From Somniosus microcephalus (lineage: Eukaryota), in the NCBI GenBank assembly GCA_052327205.1, contig CM126207.1, forward strand, positions 27,776,001-27,840,000: DNA of 64,000 nt. Direction: 5' to 3'. A model generated the notes under the pieces. The model ran no database searches. It saw only the letters and a program-made list of their open reading frames with translations, and was not told the origin of the DNA. Positions 51,995 to 64,000 of this stretch are shown piece by piece. Position 1 is the stretch's first letter. Every line of letters begins with the position of its first letter. The translations under genes were made by a program, and so were the position numbers.

Positions 51995-52675
51995 TTTTAT
52001 GCAGCATTCTCCATCCCCTTTATGCAGCATTCTCCGTCCCTTTTATGCAACATTCTCCATCCCCTTTATGCAGCATACTCCATCCCTTTTATGCAACATT
52101 CTCCATCCCCTTTATGCAGCATACTCCATCCCTTTTATGCAACATTCTCCATCCCCTTTATGCAGCATACTCCATCCCTTTATGCAACATTCTCCATCCC
52201 TTTTATGCAGCATTCTCCATCCCCTTTGTGCAGCATTCTCCATCCCCTTTATGCGGCATACTCCATCCCCTTTATGCAGCATACTCCATCCCTTTATGCA
52301 ACATTCTCCATCCCTTTTATGCAACATTCTCCATCCCCTTTATGCAACATTCTCCATCCCCTTTATGCAGCATTCTCCATCCCCTTTATGCAGCATTTTC
52401 CATCCCCTTTATGCAACATTCTCCATCCCCTTTATGCAGCATACTCCATCCCTTTTATGCAACATTCTCCATCCCCTTTATGCAGCATACTCCATCCCTT
52501 TTATGCAACATTCTCCATCCCCTTTATGCAACATTCTCCATCCCCTTTATGCAACATTCTCCATCCCCTTTATGCAACATTCTCCATCCCCTTTATGCAA
52601 CATTTTCCATCCCTTTTATGCAACATTCTCCATCCCCTTTATGCAGCATACTCCATCCCTTTATGCAGCATTCTC
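51995..52675 (+). repeat. About 23-bp minisatellite, left half
   Basis: Unit TTTATGCA(G/A)CAT(T/A)CTCCATCCC(C/T). Confidence 0.97.
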
Positions 52676-52946
52676 TAATATTTGCATATTGAATTGTCAT
52701 TGGCCCACAGGCATCTGTAAAGAATACCTATTATATTCACATGTGATCACATGCTGAGTTGTCATTGGCCTGCAGGCATCTGTAAGGACTACTGTTGTTT
52801 TGGAAGACCCAGGGTCCTGACTCCATCTTGTCCACACTGCTGTATGTTTAAGATCACAGGCCTGATGCTTCATAAAAGAGTTTAAACTGTAATACTCCGT
52901 TGTCCTGCAATTTATTAGTTTTGTACAAAGTGTGCAAAACAAGACA
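52676..52946 (+). repeat. 5' LTR
   Basis: Near-identical to 57120-57389 but lacks the terminal TG. Confidence 0.93.
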
Positions 52947-55900
52947 TGGTGTCAGAACAGGGATTTGAAATGGACATCGTTGGAGCTCCCTTACCCCGAA
53001 TGAATTGGGAATCTTTGAACTTACATAGAGAATGGCGCAAGTTCAAGCAACACGTGGAGTTAATGTTCTCGGGTCCGTTGAAAAGAAAAGGAGAGGAAGA
53101 AAGATGCAGCTACCTACTCCTGTGGATCAAAGAAAAAGGGAGAGACATTTTTAACACATGGTCTCTCACCACGGATGAAGCAAAGGTACTGAAAAGTTAT
53201 TTTGACCATTTTGAAGCATATGTGATGCCCAAGACAAATACGATATTCGCTAGGTACAAGTTTCAGGAGAAAGTACAAGGCGCTAGTGAGTCATTTGAAC
53301 AGTTCATGACTGAGTTAAAACTGCTGGTAAAAGACTGTGTATATGCAGTTAAAGATGAGATGGTCAGAGACCGCATCGTGTTTGGAATACATTCAGCTAA
53401 AGTGAGAGAGAAACTTTTGAATGTTGGGTCCGGGCTAACGCTGGACAAAGCTATAGACATAGCTAGATCGCACGAGATAGCCCAAGCACAGTTGAAAACC
53501 ATAACCGGCACCACGAGCAGCTCGAGTGAACAGACAGTGCACGCAGTTAATAGACACACACCAAAGAACACCACCCAGAGAGCGTGTTTCAGAACAGAAA
53601 GAACAGCGAGAGTTCTAAAAATGGGCAACACAGACATAAAACGCTTCAAAAACTGTGGATATTGTGGAAACAACTGGCATGGAGAAAAGGAGTACTGCCC
53701 TGCCAAAGGAAGGCAATGTACTAAATGTGGTAAACGGAACCACTTTGCTAAAGTTTGCAAGACTGTTTTCGGAAAAGCAGTACACACAGTGAGTGACAGC
53801 CAAATGCCAGATAGAGAGCCAAATGCAGAGGAACTGTTTATTGATTCTGTGTCACAGAAAAAACATTTCAGAGACTGAGCAAGCTTTTGCCGATATTGAG
53901 ATAGGAAAACGGGGCAAAGAGCTTAAGTTTAAACTAGACACTGGATCTCAGGTTAATGTAATTCCTCTGAGTGAGTATCACAGCTTGAAGGATGAGTGTG
54001 AGCTACAGCCCACCTCACGCAGACTGACCGGCTGTGGAGGTGAGCAGCTCATTGTAAAAGGCACATGCGTGATGAAATGCAAGTACAAAGAAAGCGACAT
54101 GGTGTTGAACTTTTACATTGTTGACACTCAAGCACCACCAGTGCTAGGTCTAAAGGCATGTTTAGATATGGACCTCGTCAAGCTAGTGCTATCATTGACA
54201 GCACCAGTTGATAAGCAGACAGTCATGGAGGAGCTTGCTGCCGTCTTCAAAGGAATCGGACTATTCCCAGGTGAATGCACTATTCACCTTGACCCAGCAG
54301 CAACCCCTGTGGTTTGCCCACCGAGAAGGATACCCCTTGCTCTACGTAGTCACCTGAAGGAGGAGCTGCAGAGCATGGAGAATACAAAACTCATCGTCCG
54401 GGAAACAGAACCGACAGAGTGGGTCAACGCATTAGTAGTGGTTGAGAAACCACGTACAGGCAAGCTCAGAGTCTGTCTCGACCCCAGAGATTTGAACAAG
54501 GCTATCAAGCGCCCTCACTACCCTCTACCAACGCTAGATGACATCACACCCAAGCTAGTGGGAGCACGTTACTTCAGTGTAATGGACGCACGATCAGGAT
54601 ACTGGAATATCAAGCTCATGGAAGAGTCATCTAAGCTAACAATGTTCAACACACCATTTGGACGCTACCGATTTCTGCATTTACCATTTGGTCTTATCTC
54701 AGCTCGGGATGAATTCCAGCGGAAGATCGACGAAACCTATGAAGGCCTCGACGGAGTAGTCACAATCGTAGACGACATCCTCATCTATGGCAGGAATAGA
54801 GAGGAACATGACCGGAACCTCCGTGCGATGCTACAAAGATCACGGGAGAAAGGTATCCAGCTCAACCCCGAGAAAAGCATAATCGGATCCACCGAGATCA
54901 GTTATTTCGGGCATCGCCTCTCAACTGATGGCATTAAGTCGGATCCAGAGAAAATCTCCGCCATCAAGAAGATGGAGCCGCTGAAGAACCGCGCAAAGCT
55001 AGAGACAGTACTAGGCATGGTTAACTACTTAGCCAAGTTTGCCCCGAGCCTCTCCGAAATCAACGCACCCATGCGTCAGTTGCTCAAACAATCCAATGAG
55101 TTCCTGTGGGACAAACAACATGACACAGCATTTCAGAAAATGAAAGACCTAATCACCAGAGAACCAGGACCAGTTCTTGCCTACTTCGACCCCAACAAAG
55201 AGCTCGGACTACAAGTGGACGCGTCAAAGTACGGACTAGGCGCAGTATTACTGAAAGAAGGAAAGCCCATCAGCTATGCTTCCAGATCTCTCTCAGACAG
55301 TGAAATCAACTATGCTCAAATCGAGAAAGAGCTATATGCAATTCTGTTCGGATGTAAGCGTTTCCACCAGTACGTCTATGGCCGACAAGTCATTGTGGAA
55401 TCCGACCACAAGCCCCTCGAGTCAATTATGAGGAAACCACTAGCAGCAGCTCCACCAAGGCTACAGAGAATGATCCTTCAGCTACAGAAGTATGACTACA
55501 CAATCATTCACCGTCCAGGCAAAGACATTCCTGTTGCAGACACGCTCTCCAGAAAGTCTCTCAGCTACCAGGACAGCAGCCTCAGTGAAGGCATGGATGT
55601 GCAGGTGCACATGGTGTACAACAGCTTACCTGTGAGTGACTCAAAACTGAAGGAGATCCGAGCAGGAACAGAGAAAGATGCACAACTCACAATGCTGAGC
55701 AAAGTCATACACGAAGGATGGCCTGAGGAAAGGAGGAAATGCCCTCAGAGCATATCTGAATTCTGGAACCACAGAGACGAACTGTCACAAATCAACAGAA
55801 TCGTCTTCAAAGGGGAGAAAATCATCATTCCTACCAGTCTCAGAGAAGAGATGTTGACAAAAATTCATGCTGGACATATGGACATGGAAAAATGCAAACA

Positions 55901-56905
55901 AAGAGCACGTGACATTATGTTTTGGCCCGGAATGTGCAAACACATTGAGGACATTGTCGGAAAATGTTCCATTTGTCTAGAACGCCACCTATCAAATGTC
56001 AAAGAGCCCATGATACCTCACCGTACCCCAGACAGGCCCTGGCAGGTCGCGGCAACCGATCTGTTCACATGGAACAACGAGGACTACATAGTGACTGTTG
56101 ATTACTACAGCAGATTTTTTGAATTGGACAAGCTTCACAGCACCACATCTGCAGCTGTGATCCACAAGCTAAAGGCAGCCTTTGCCAGGCATGGCATTGT
56201 AGAGACCTTAGTCTCAGACAATGGGCCCCAATACAAATCAAGAGTTTGAGTCGTTTGCCAAGGCATGGGATTTCACACATGTCACATCAAGCCCACATTA
56301 ACCTCAAAGTAATGGTCTTGCTGAAAAAACTGTCCAGATTGCAAAAACACTCATGGACAAAGCCAAAGCGGACAAAAGAGACCCCTACATCAGTCTCCTT
56401 GAGTACCACAACACACTCCGGTTGACAACTTCAAGTCACCAGCACAGCTGTTGATGAGCCGCAGACTTCACTCAATCCTTCCACGCAGCTGCAGCCAGAG
56501 GTCGTCAGCTGCAAGCAAGTGCATGCAAAACGTGTACAGAGACAGCAACACCAAAAGAGATACTATGACAGGTCAGCTAGACTACTGCCGCCGCTGCACA
56601 ATGGAGAATCCATCAGAATCCAGGAGCATGACTACTGGAAGCCAGCAGTCGTCATCCAGCCAGCTGACACTGAGCGATCATATCACGTCCGCACCCCAGA
56701 AGGACAGGTGTACCACCGCAATCGCAGGCACCTCCTGAACACCAAGGAACAACACCGTCATTCCAACGAGAGGATCAGTGCAACAGAGTGTGATGAACAG
56801 AGCAATACACAAAACACATCACACTTACCTGAACCTAAACCTGAACCTGATTTGTTGACCGATTCAGGAGCATGCTCAGTTCCATACCACACAAGGTCGG
56901 GATGA
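52946..56905 (+). pseudogene. Gypsy gag-pol (gag, protease, RT, RNase H, integrase), disrupted
   Basis: Gag knuckles CGYCG...CTKCGKRNHFAKVC, protease LDTGS, RT IVDDIL, RNase H DASKYGLGAVL and SDHKPL, integrase zinc finger and SDNGPQY. Frameshifts near 53860 and 56240, and a stop near 56298. Confidence 0.93.
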
Positions 56906-57119
56906 GAGGTCAAGCCTAGAGTTATCCTTGACTTGTGAACTGTCAAAGGGTGTAGGCGGATCGCTGCCCTAAAAAAAAAACTGTACATCGTTATTGAAAC
57001 GTTGAGATGTTTTCAGTGCTAGTTAAATGCTGAGTTTACTTATATGTTTATGCTACCGAGAACATTAGGTAGAAGAAAGGTTTAAAAGTAATGCATAACA
57101 TTTTTCTTTTAAAAGGGGA

Positions 57120-57389
57120 TGTAATATTTGCATATTAAATTGTCATTGGCCCACAGGCATCTGTAAGGAATACCTATTATATTCACGTGATCACATGCTG
57201 AGTTGTCATTGGCCTGCAGGCATCTGTAAGGACTACTATTGTTTTGGAGACCCAGGGTCCTGACTCCATCTTGTCCACACTGCTGTATGTTTAAGATCAC
57301 AGACCTGATGCTTCATAAAAGAGTTTAAACTGTAATACTCCGTTGTCCTGCAATTTATTAGTTTTGTACAAAGAGTGCAAAACAAGACA
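57120..57389 (+). repeat. 3' LTR
   Basis: TGTAATATTTG...AACAAGACA immediately after the PPT. Confidence 0.95.
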
Positions 57390-58150
57390 TTCTCCATCCC
57401 CTTTATGCAGCATTCTCCATCCCTTTTATGCAGCATTCTCCATCCCCTTTATGCAGCATTCCCCATCCCTTTTATGCAGCATTCCCCATCCCCTTTATGC
57501 AGCATTCCCCATCCCTTTTATGCAGCATTCCCCATCCCCTTTTATGCAGCATTCTCCGTCCCCTTTATGCAGCATTCCCCATCCCCTTTATGCAGCATTC
57601 TCTGTCCCTTTATGCAGCATTCTCCATCCCCTTTATGCAGCATTCTCCCTCTTTTATGCAGCATTATCCATCCCCTTTATGCAGCATTCTCCATCCCCTT
57701 TATGTAGCATTCTCCGTCCCTTTATGCAGCATTCCCCATCCCTTTTATGCAGCATTCCCCATCCCTTTTATGCAGCATTCCCCATCCCCTTTATGCAGCA
57801 TTCTCCGTCCCTTTATGCAGCATTCCCCATCCCCTTTATGTAGCATTCTCCGTCCCTTTATGCAGCATTCCCCATCCCCTTTATGCAGCATTCTCCATCC
57901 CCTTTATGCAGCATTCTCCCTCTTTTATGCAGCATTCCCCATCCCCTTTATGCAGCATTCTCCATCCCCTTTATGCAGCATTCTCCCTCTTTTATGCAGC
58001 ATTCTCCATCCCCTTTATGCAGCATTCTCCCTCTTTTATGCTGCATTCTCCATCCCCTTTATGCAGCATTCTCCCTCTTTTATGCTGCATTCTCCATCCC
58101 CTTTATGCAGCATTCTCCCTCCCTTTCGTGCAGCATTCTTTTTTATGCAG
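57390..58150 (+). repeat. About 23-bp minisatellite, right half
   Basis: Same core TTTATGCAGCATTC with a different set of variants. Confidence 0.97.
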
Positions 58151-58749
58151 TTTTTCTCCCCTTATGCTGAATTCATCTCCCCTTTTTATGCAGCACTTTG
58201 CTACTTTGTTTATTTTGTATTCCTTTCTTCCTATTACAAGTTTTGCTGTTTATGCAGTATTCTCCCATTTTTGTAGCATTGCAAGTATCACATATTTATC
58301 TAGATCTGAACAATTTAAACATTTGAAGACTTTGCCTAATACCACATTACAAGACTAGTTAGATAATATCAAGAATGCTAGAATTATCAAATTTCTTATG
58401 TATCTCCTCTTGTTTAGATGGGTTATGTCTATCGCAATTGACTTCCTAAATGGGCAGAAGGCCAGAGCGCCAACTACCCTAATTCAACATTAATTTTAAA
58501 GAACTAGCATTATATAGTGGCTCACAACATCTCTTAAACATCCCAAAATGCTTCACATACTATGTACCACACTAAAATGACACTCACCCGTTCAGTCTCT
58601 CTCTCTGTGTCTCTCTTGCGCTTAGTCTGTCGCTTGCTCTCTTTCATGTCCACTTTCTCTGTCTCTCATGTGTTCACTTGCTCTCTCTACTCTAAGGCTG
58701 ATACTGGAAGTGCAAATGGCACACTGGTGCATGAAAGGTTTCGGACCAT

Positions 58750-59244
58750 TAAGAACATAAGGAGCAGGAGTAGGTCATTTGGCCCCTCGAGCCTGCTCCG
58801 CCATTCAATAAGATCATGGCTGATCTGATCTTGGCCTCAACTCCACTTTCCTGCCCGCTCCCCATAACCCTCGGCTCCTTATCGTTCAAAAATCTGTCAG
58901 TCTCTACCTTAAATATATTCAATGACCCAGCCTCCACAGCTCTCTGGGGAAGAGAATTCCAAAGATTCACGACCCTCTGAGAGAAGAAATTCCTCCCTCA
59001 TTTCTGATTTAAATGGGTGCCCCCTTATTCTGAAATTATACCCCCTAGTTCTAGATTTCCCCACGAGGGGAAACATCCTCTCTGCATCTACCCTGTCAAG
59101 CCCCTTCAGAATTTTATATGTTTCAATAAGATCCCCTCTCATTCTTCTAAACCCCAATGAGTATAGGCCCAACCTGCTCAACCTTTCTTCATAAGACAAC
59201 CCCTTCATCTCCGGAATCAACCTCGTGAACCTTCTCTGAACTGC
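58750..59244 (-). mobile_element. CR1 3' fragment
   Basis: AVQRRFTRLIPEMKGLSYEERLSRLGLYSL..., followed by a single CR1 tail. Confidence 0.9.
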
Positions 59245-60620
59245 CTGCCATTGTTGGGCTTGAGGAGAGGGAATGCTATGTTGCATCTATGCCTTTTTAT
59301 AATTGGCCTTGGAGCTTTTAATATGGGACCCTGTTTACAAAAAGAGAAAACCTGATCTGTTCCCCAGTAGTAACAACCCTCTGCAAGGGGATCACAAAAT
59401 GCATCAGTTTTTTTTAATGACACTTCGCCATGAAGACATCTGCCCTTTAAGAAAAAATACTAATTCATCCGATAGTTATGTGGGTGGAGCTGGCTATATA
59501 TGCAGCCCTTCAGTTACCTGCAGTGTATTTATTTTAGCCTTTTGCTATTCTGTGTTTGACAGAAATAATTTTACGTTCCAACTTATTATGGCATTAAAAC
59601 GCAACATTTATATAGGTCAGAGCTGGCTACGCTGTAATAGAGGTACTTTGTGACAGAAATAAATCACAGGTCAATTTAATATCAGTGTTCTATCCACAAA
59701 ATTCATTATCTAAAAGTAATGGGATCATTCCTTTCCACCTTACTTGGAAATCTGGGAGAGCCAGTGCAATTAATCTCCGTGATTAATTGTGGTGCGTCGC
59801 AGTGAGGAAGGTAAGCTAGGAGTATGTGTTCAAGAAGGAAGGCTCAATACCTAGGCAATCTTTAAATTCTCAAATGTTTCATTGTTTGTCTAGAAGAATG
59901 CCATATGAGAAACCAAAACTGCTTTCTTTGCTACATAAAGCTCAGTCAACACTGGCTGTGTGGTGATTTGTCATTGAACCTACTTGATTACGCAGATGAT
60001 CCAGATTTCTTCATTGCTTATCAAATATTGAACAATTACACTCCAGAACCATAATAGCCAGTCTAAAGGAAAACACTGATCTGATGTTGCTTTATTCAGG
60101 CAGTTGCTGTGTTAGCAAGTATTTGTCTATATAGCAACAATCACTGCACTTCAAAAAGTAATTAAGTATGCAAAGCACTTTGAATGATTTTGACGTAGCA
60201 GGCACTATATAAATGCAAGTTTTATTACAAAGCCAGTTCCACTTCTATTGTCCTACTCACATGCTGAGGACAAATATGTAGATGCCAAGCAGGAGGGGAA
60301 AATGGATAGGGATAGGGTGAAGGACCATTGGCATGACAGAGAGGAAGGATTTTGACGAGCTTTTTGAAAGGGTGGGGGAGGGAAGTGACCAGGGTGTTCC
60401 AGAGGCCAGGACCATGGAGGCTGGATTAGTGACAACCAGTGACGCAGCAGAGTGAATGGAGGACAAGAACAAGACCAGTGTTAGGGAGGGAGGGAGTGCC
60501 TAGCCATGTAAGGCAGGAGATGGCCATTAAGATATTTGAGCATGAAGACAATAATATGTAAGTTAAGTTACTGGTACATGGGCCTTGGCGAAGGTGGGAT
60601 TATGGGAGCGATTGGACATC

Positions 60621-61155
60621 TCAAATCAACTTTTATTGTCATTGTTAGTGCACAAGTGCAGTACAACGAAATGTAGGCTTGCGGCTCCCGAGAGTGTACA
60701 ATTTGGATTAGGACACTTAAACATTTCAACATACATTTGTACATATATATTAGCATAAATATGACCATAATAAAGTGCATCGGCAGATGTGCAGGCTTTA
60801 GTGTTTATTTGTGGAGTTCAGTAGGATGACAGCCCTGGGAAAGAAGCTGTTCCTAAATCTGGTCGTACGGGTGCGAATGCATCTGTAGCGTCTTCCAGAT
60901 GGTAGGATGAGAACAGACTGTGGCTGGGGTGGGTAGGGTCTTTGATGATGGACCGTGCCCTCCGTAGGCAGCGTTTCTGATATATATGTTCTATGGTCGG
61001 TAGCCGGGTGCCGGTAATGCGTTGGGCAGTTTTGACTACCCGCTGCAGGGCTTTCCGGTCATGGGAGCTACAGCTGCCGTACCATACCGCGATACAGTTT
61101 GTCAGGATGCTCTCTATAGTGCAGCGGTAGAAATTAGAGAGGATCGGGGGTGACA
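60621..61155 (-). mobile_element. Rex1/Babar LINE 3' fragment
   Basis: LSNFYRCTIESILTNCIAVWYGSCS..DRKALQRVVKTAQRITG..DPTHPSH is the characteristic Rex1 C-terminus. Confidence 0.85.
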
Positions 61156-63337
61156 GATTACACCCCTTCAGCCTCTCTGAAAAATGATATTGGATGATGA
61201 TTATTAGATTATAGGACTGCCTCATGAGTCCCTCTTGATGTGGAGAGAACCCCATTTCTAACGAGTCGGCTTCCAGTGGTCCAATTCACTGGCCATGTAA
61301 CTAAATAGAATAACAGTCTTATCACAATGAAAGCACAGGCCATATGTAGAAAATCTCAATTGTTGATCATCTGTTCTTTACCTCTAAAGAAATAGAGTAA
61401 TGTGCGGCACAGATCAGTAGAAGTGGTGCCTCAACGTTTGAATGTTTGCAACACAGAGGCAAAATTTAAACAAACCTTAGAAATTTGGAGATGAGCGGTC
61501 ACCTTGCAATTACTCTGTGAAACATTCCGATGCTGCCTATTTGGTAATGGCTTTCAGTCGCAGCTGATCAGTGTTTAAATTACATTTATTTTGTAACAAG
61601 TTAACGTTTCAGTTGCTTTGTAATTTCTGATCCCCCCCCCCACCCTCTTGAACCCATGTCGGAATCCCCAGCTCTTTCACACTGCTCATTCTCATACTGT
61701 GTTTCTTGACAATTACTACTTGAGGACAGTAAGTGCTCATTGCATGAATGTTTCAACTATTCATAGGCAGAGCATTATCCGTGACTGGTTTAACGTGGCA
61801 CGAACAGTGGTCTTAATTTCTTTCAACCAAGAAGGAGCTTTTTATTAAATAAACAAGTCCTAAAATATCACAAGAACGCGCCATTACCTGCAGAAATGAC
61901 TGGGCTCGCGTATTCGAGTATTGGTAAAATAGCACCGTTCTGTCAATGTAATCGAAAGACAGATTGCTTGGCATTGTAATTCTGTTTCTGGAAAATCCAT
62001 CTTGTGTAGCTCGATGCATTCAAGATGAGATACTGAATTGCTTCTTTTAGTTTCAATGATGTGGCTATTGCCTAGATCATACAGTATATTATGTGCTGCT
62101 ACACAGGGCAATATAAATCACTGTTTAAAAAAAAAAAAAAGTGGTTATTATAATGAGGGATGTCCAGCCTGAAGAGCAGAAATGTTCTTGTTCTGTCTTT
62201 TACAAGGGCACTGTTGATCTGGTGTGATACAGCTCAGCCTTATACTGGGCTCCGTTCAGCCTTGGTACAGAATTCCTTTCTCTGCCCCTACTTAGCCTTC
62301 ACTGGTCCAGCACTGGCCGACCGCATCTTATGAGCTGCATGTGGCTCTTTGAACGCTTTGTTTAGCTGCCCTGCTTGATAGGCACAGTCCCATTGCGAGA
62401 GGTGCAGAATAATAAAGGATGCAATCAGCCACAACAGATCAGAGATTTCCTTCCATTCTGATCTGGCTAACCTAGATAATTTTGAGTTAATTCAAATATA
62501 TTGATTATTTGCTGCTGAGTGTGTAGCAAGAATTGGTGCCATCATCAGCTGTATGCCAACAATGGAGATAGCAATTCCAAACTTTTTGGTTTCACCCCAT
62601 GAAAAATAAAGCCTTTTCTCTTTTTATGATGAAGCTGTTTTTAGAAAATGCACTTTCTGTGTTGCTGAATCAGTCCTGAATGTTTATGTTGGATTTAGCT
62701 TTTTTTTGTAGTAGTAGTTTAATCTGATGGCATTTAATTTTACATTTTAACACGCATAAAACCATGCAAGATTGCAGGTTGTAGCAAGTTGAACTCTTTG
62801 CAAAATGGTTCCTTTAAGCTGATTTTTTATGGAGGCGTTAATGAAGAAATTTTTTTTTAATGATAATTAATGTACAGCCATTGAATTTTAATGTTCATTA
62901 ATTGAGCTTGGCATTACATTCTGCTTTCAGTGATGTGAGCTAGAAAACCCAAGGTTCTCCAATCTACTGACACAGACAGATGTGTTTTTCTTCAAAGTTT
63001 TTCACTGCATTTCTGAGCTAGTCTGTTTTGTTCCCTCTTATTTATAAAAATTCACTGTTTGATATAAGGCAGGAACCTAACTTGCATCAAGCCGATATCT
63101 TAAACCAGTCGAGAATGGCTCTGGAAAAATGATGTAGACAGAAAGTTCTTGGGGTGGAAACGTGGGCACTCTTCAAGTTGACAAGTTTCACCAGATGGAT
63201 GAAGAGCAACCCTTGATCAAAATCTTTTTTTTTGGAGGAAGGGAACAGAAATCAGATCCGAAATGCAGTCGGTGTAGCAAACATGATCATTGAGTTCGTC
63301 TTTTGAGGAAATTGGAGACATTGTTGGAAAAACAAGA

Positions 63338-64000
63338 TGTAATGTATATACCTTTAAGGGGGGAACTATCTTTTACAGCTCATGTATACTGCAGTACCGG
63401 CAGTGACCACACCTGCATATAGCACTGAGTAGCAATCTGTACAGATCAGTTCCACTGTGAGCCACGTTGAGTAAACACCTGTTGTACCGTTCTCCTGCAG
63501 TCTGTGTCTTATTATACACGGACACAACATTGGCGACAAGGCAAGTTCGAACCTACCTGCAACTCTGCATCACCTCCCGGGGATTCGTTCCTGGAGATCA
63601 GTGGATTGGAGGTCAAGGCCAGAGACTCGGGCGTCGACCACAGGCAACCGCCCAGTCATCCAGCAGAGACTCGAGAATTGCGGGGGTGGCTGTCGAGAGC
63701 CAGGCTTGGCTTTCCAGTCGAGGTGGTCCAGCGAAACGGGCTGGCAACAGGTAGTGCGCAGACCCTTCCCGGACAGCGGCGGGCTAGAGCCCGACCGAGC
63801 GGCACAGCAAAGGGCCGAGCAGCGTCGACGGGGGAGAGAGAGAGAGAGAGAGAGAGAGGGCAGAGCGCACAGGGCGCAGCCGGTGTTCAGGGGCCGAGCA
63901 GCGTCGAAGAGAGGGAGAGAGAGACGCGCAGAAACCCGCGAGGCGCCGCCATTGCCACGAGGACCGCCAAGAGCGGCGTTGGCAGCAGCGCAGGAGAAGC
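63338..64000 (+). mobile_element. 5' LTR, PBS and leader of a third LTR retrotransposon running off the window
   Basis: Putative LTR TGTAATG...CACAACA (63338-63529), then TGGCGACAAGG...TTCGAACC (tRNA-Ser-like PBS) and a CpG-rich leader with (GA)n. Confidence 0.7.

Larger units (their letters stand above)
52676..57389 (+). mobile_element. Full-length Gypsy (Mag-like) LTR retrotransposon inserted in a minisatellite
   Basis: LTRs at 52676-52946 and 57120-57389. PBS TGGTGTCAGAA (tRNA-Leu-like) at 52947, PPT AAAAGGGGA at 57111-57119, apparent 5-bp TSD TTCTC. Confidence 0.96.

Noticed and set aside
53855-53878. A AAA AAC slippery-like heptamer at the gag/pol overlap
   Set aside because: Pol is in the +1 frame relative to gag, not -1. 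Mag-like elements normally have a fused ORF, so a homopolymer indel is more likely.
51887-58358. Long repetitive ORFs (MQHSPSPLCSILHPLYAAFSIPF) on either side of the Gypsy element
   Set aside because: Open in all three frames because the minisatellite has no stop codons on this strand.
42965-64000. Next SLC9A9 exon (expected to begin with a VGVD-like peptide)
   Set aside because: Not found by eye. It probably lies beyond the window, though a diverged exon could have been missed.

Overview
Repeat-dense intronic DNA from a vertebrate genome, most likely a shark or other elasmobranch judging by its repeats (HE1/V-SINE, SacSINE1-like DeuSINE, shark-type CR1, Penelope remnants). The only host gene I can see is SLC9A9 (NHE9): three + strand coding exons at 14940-15053, 29015-29126 and 42811-42964. 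The first two are joined by a U12-type (minor spliceosome) intron. Nearly everything else is mobile DNA: three Gypsy LTR elements, two closely related CR1 LINEs, a CR1-group LINE with a tRNA-derived head, RTE, L2, Rex1 and Penelope remnants, many Harbinger-like and Tigger-like non-autonomous elements, nested solo LTRs and minisatellites. The most unusual signals are: (1) a Mag-like Gypsy with no tRNA primer site, whose PBS position is a perfect 13-nt complement of a sequence in its own LTR (candidate self-priming) and whose RT motif reads YLDN; (2) a LINE with no ORF1 whose 5' end is a Pol III tRNA-SINE head; (3) a near full-length CR1 with a twin-priming-like inversion and a duplicated 3' tail. 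All calls were made by eye, without database searches.
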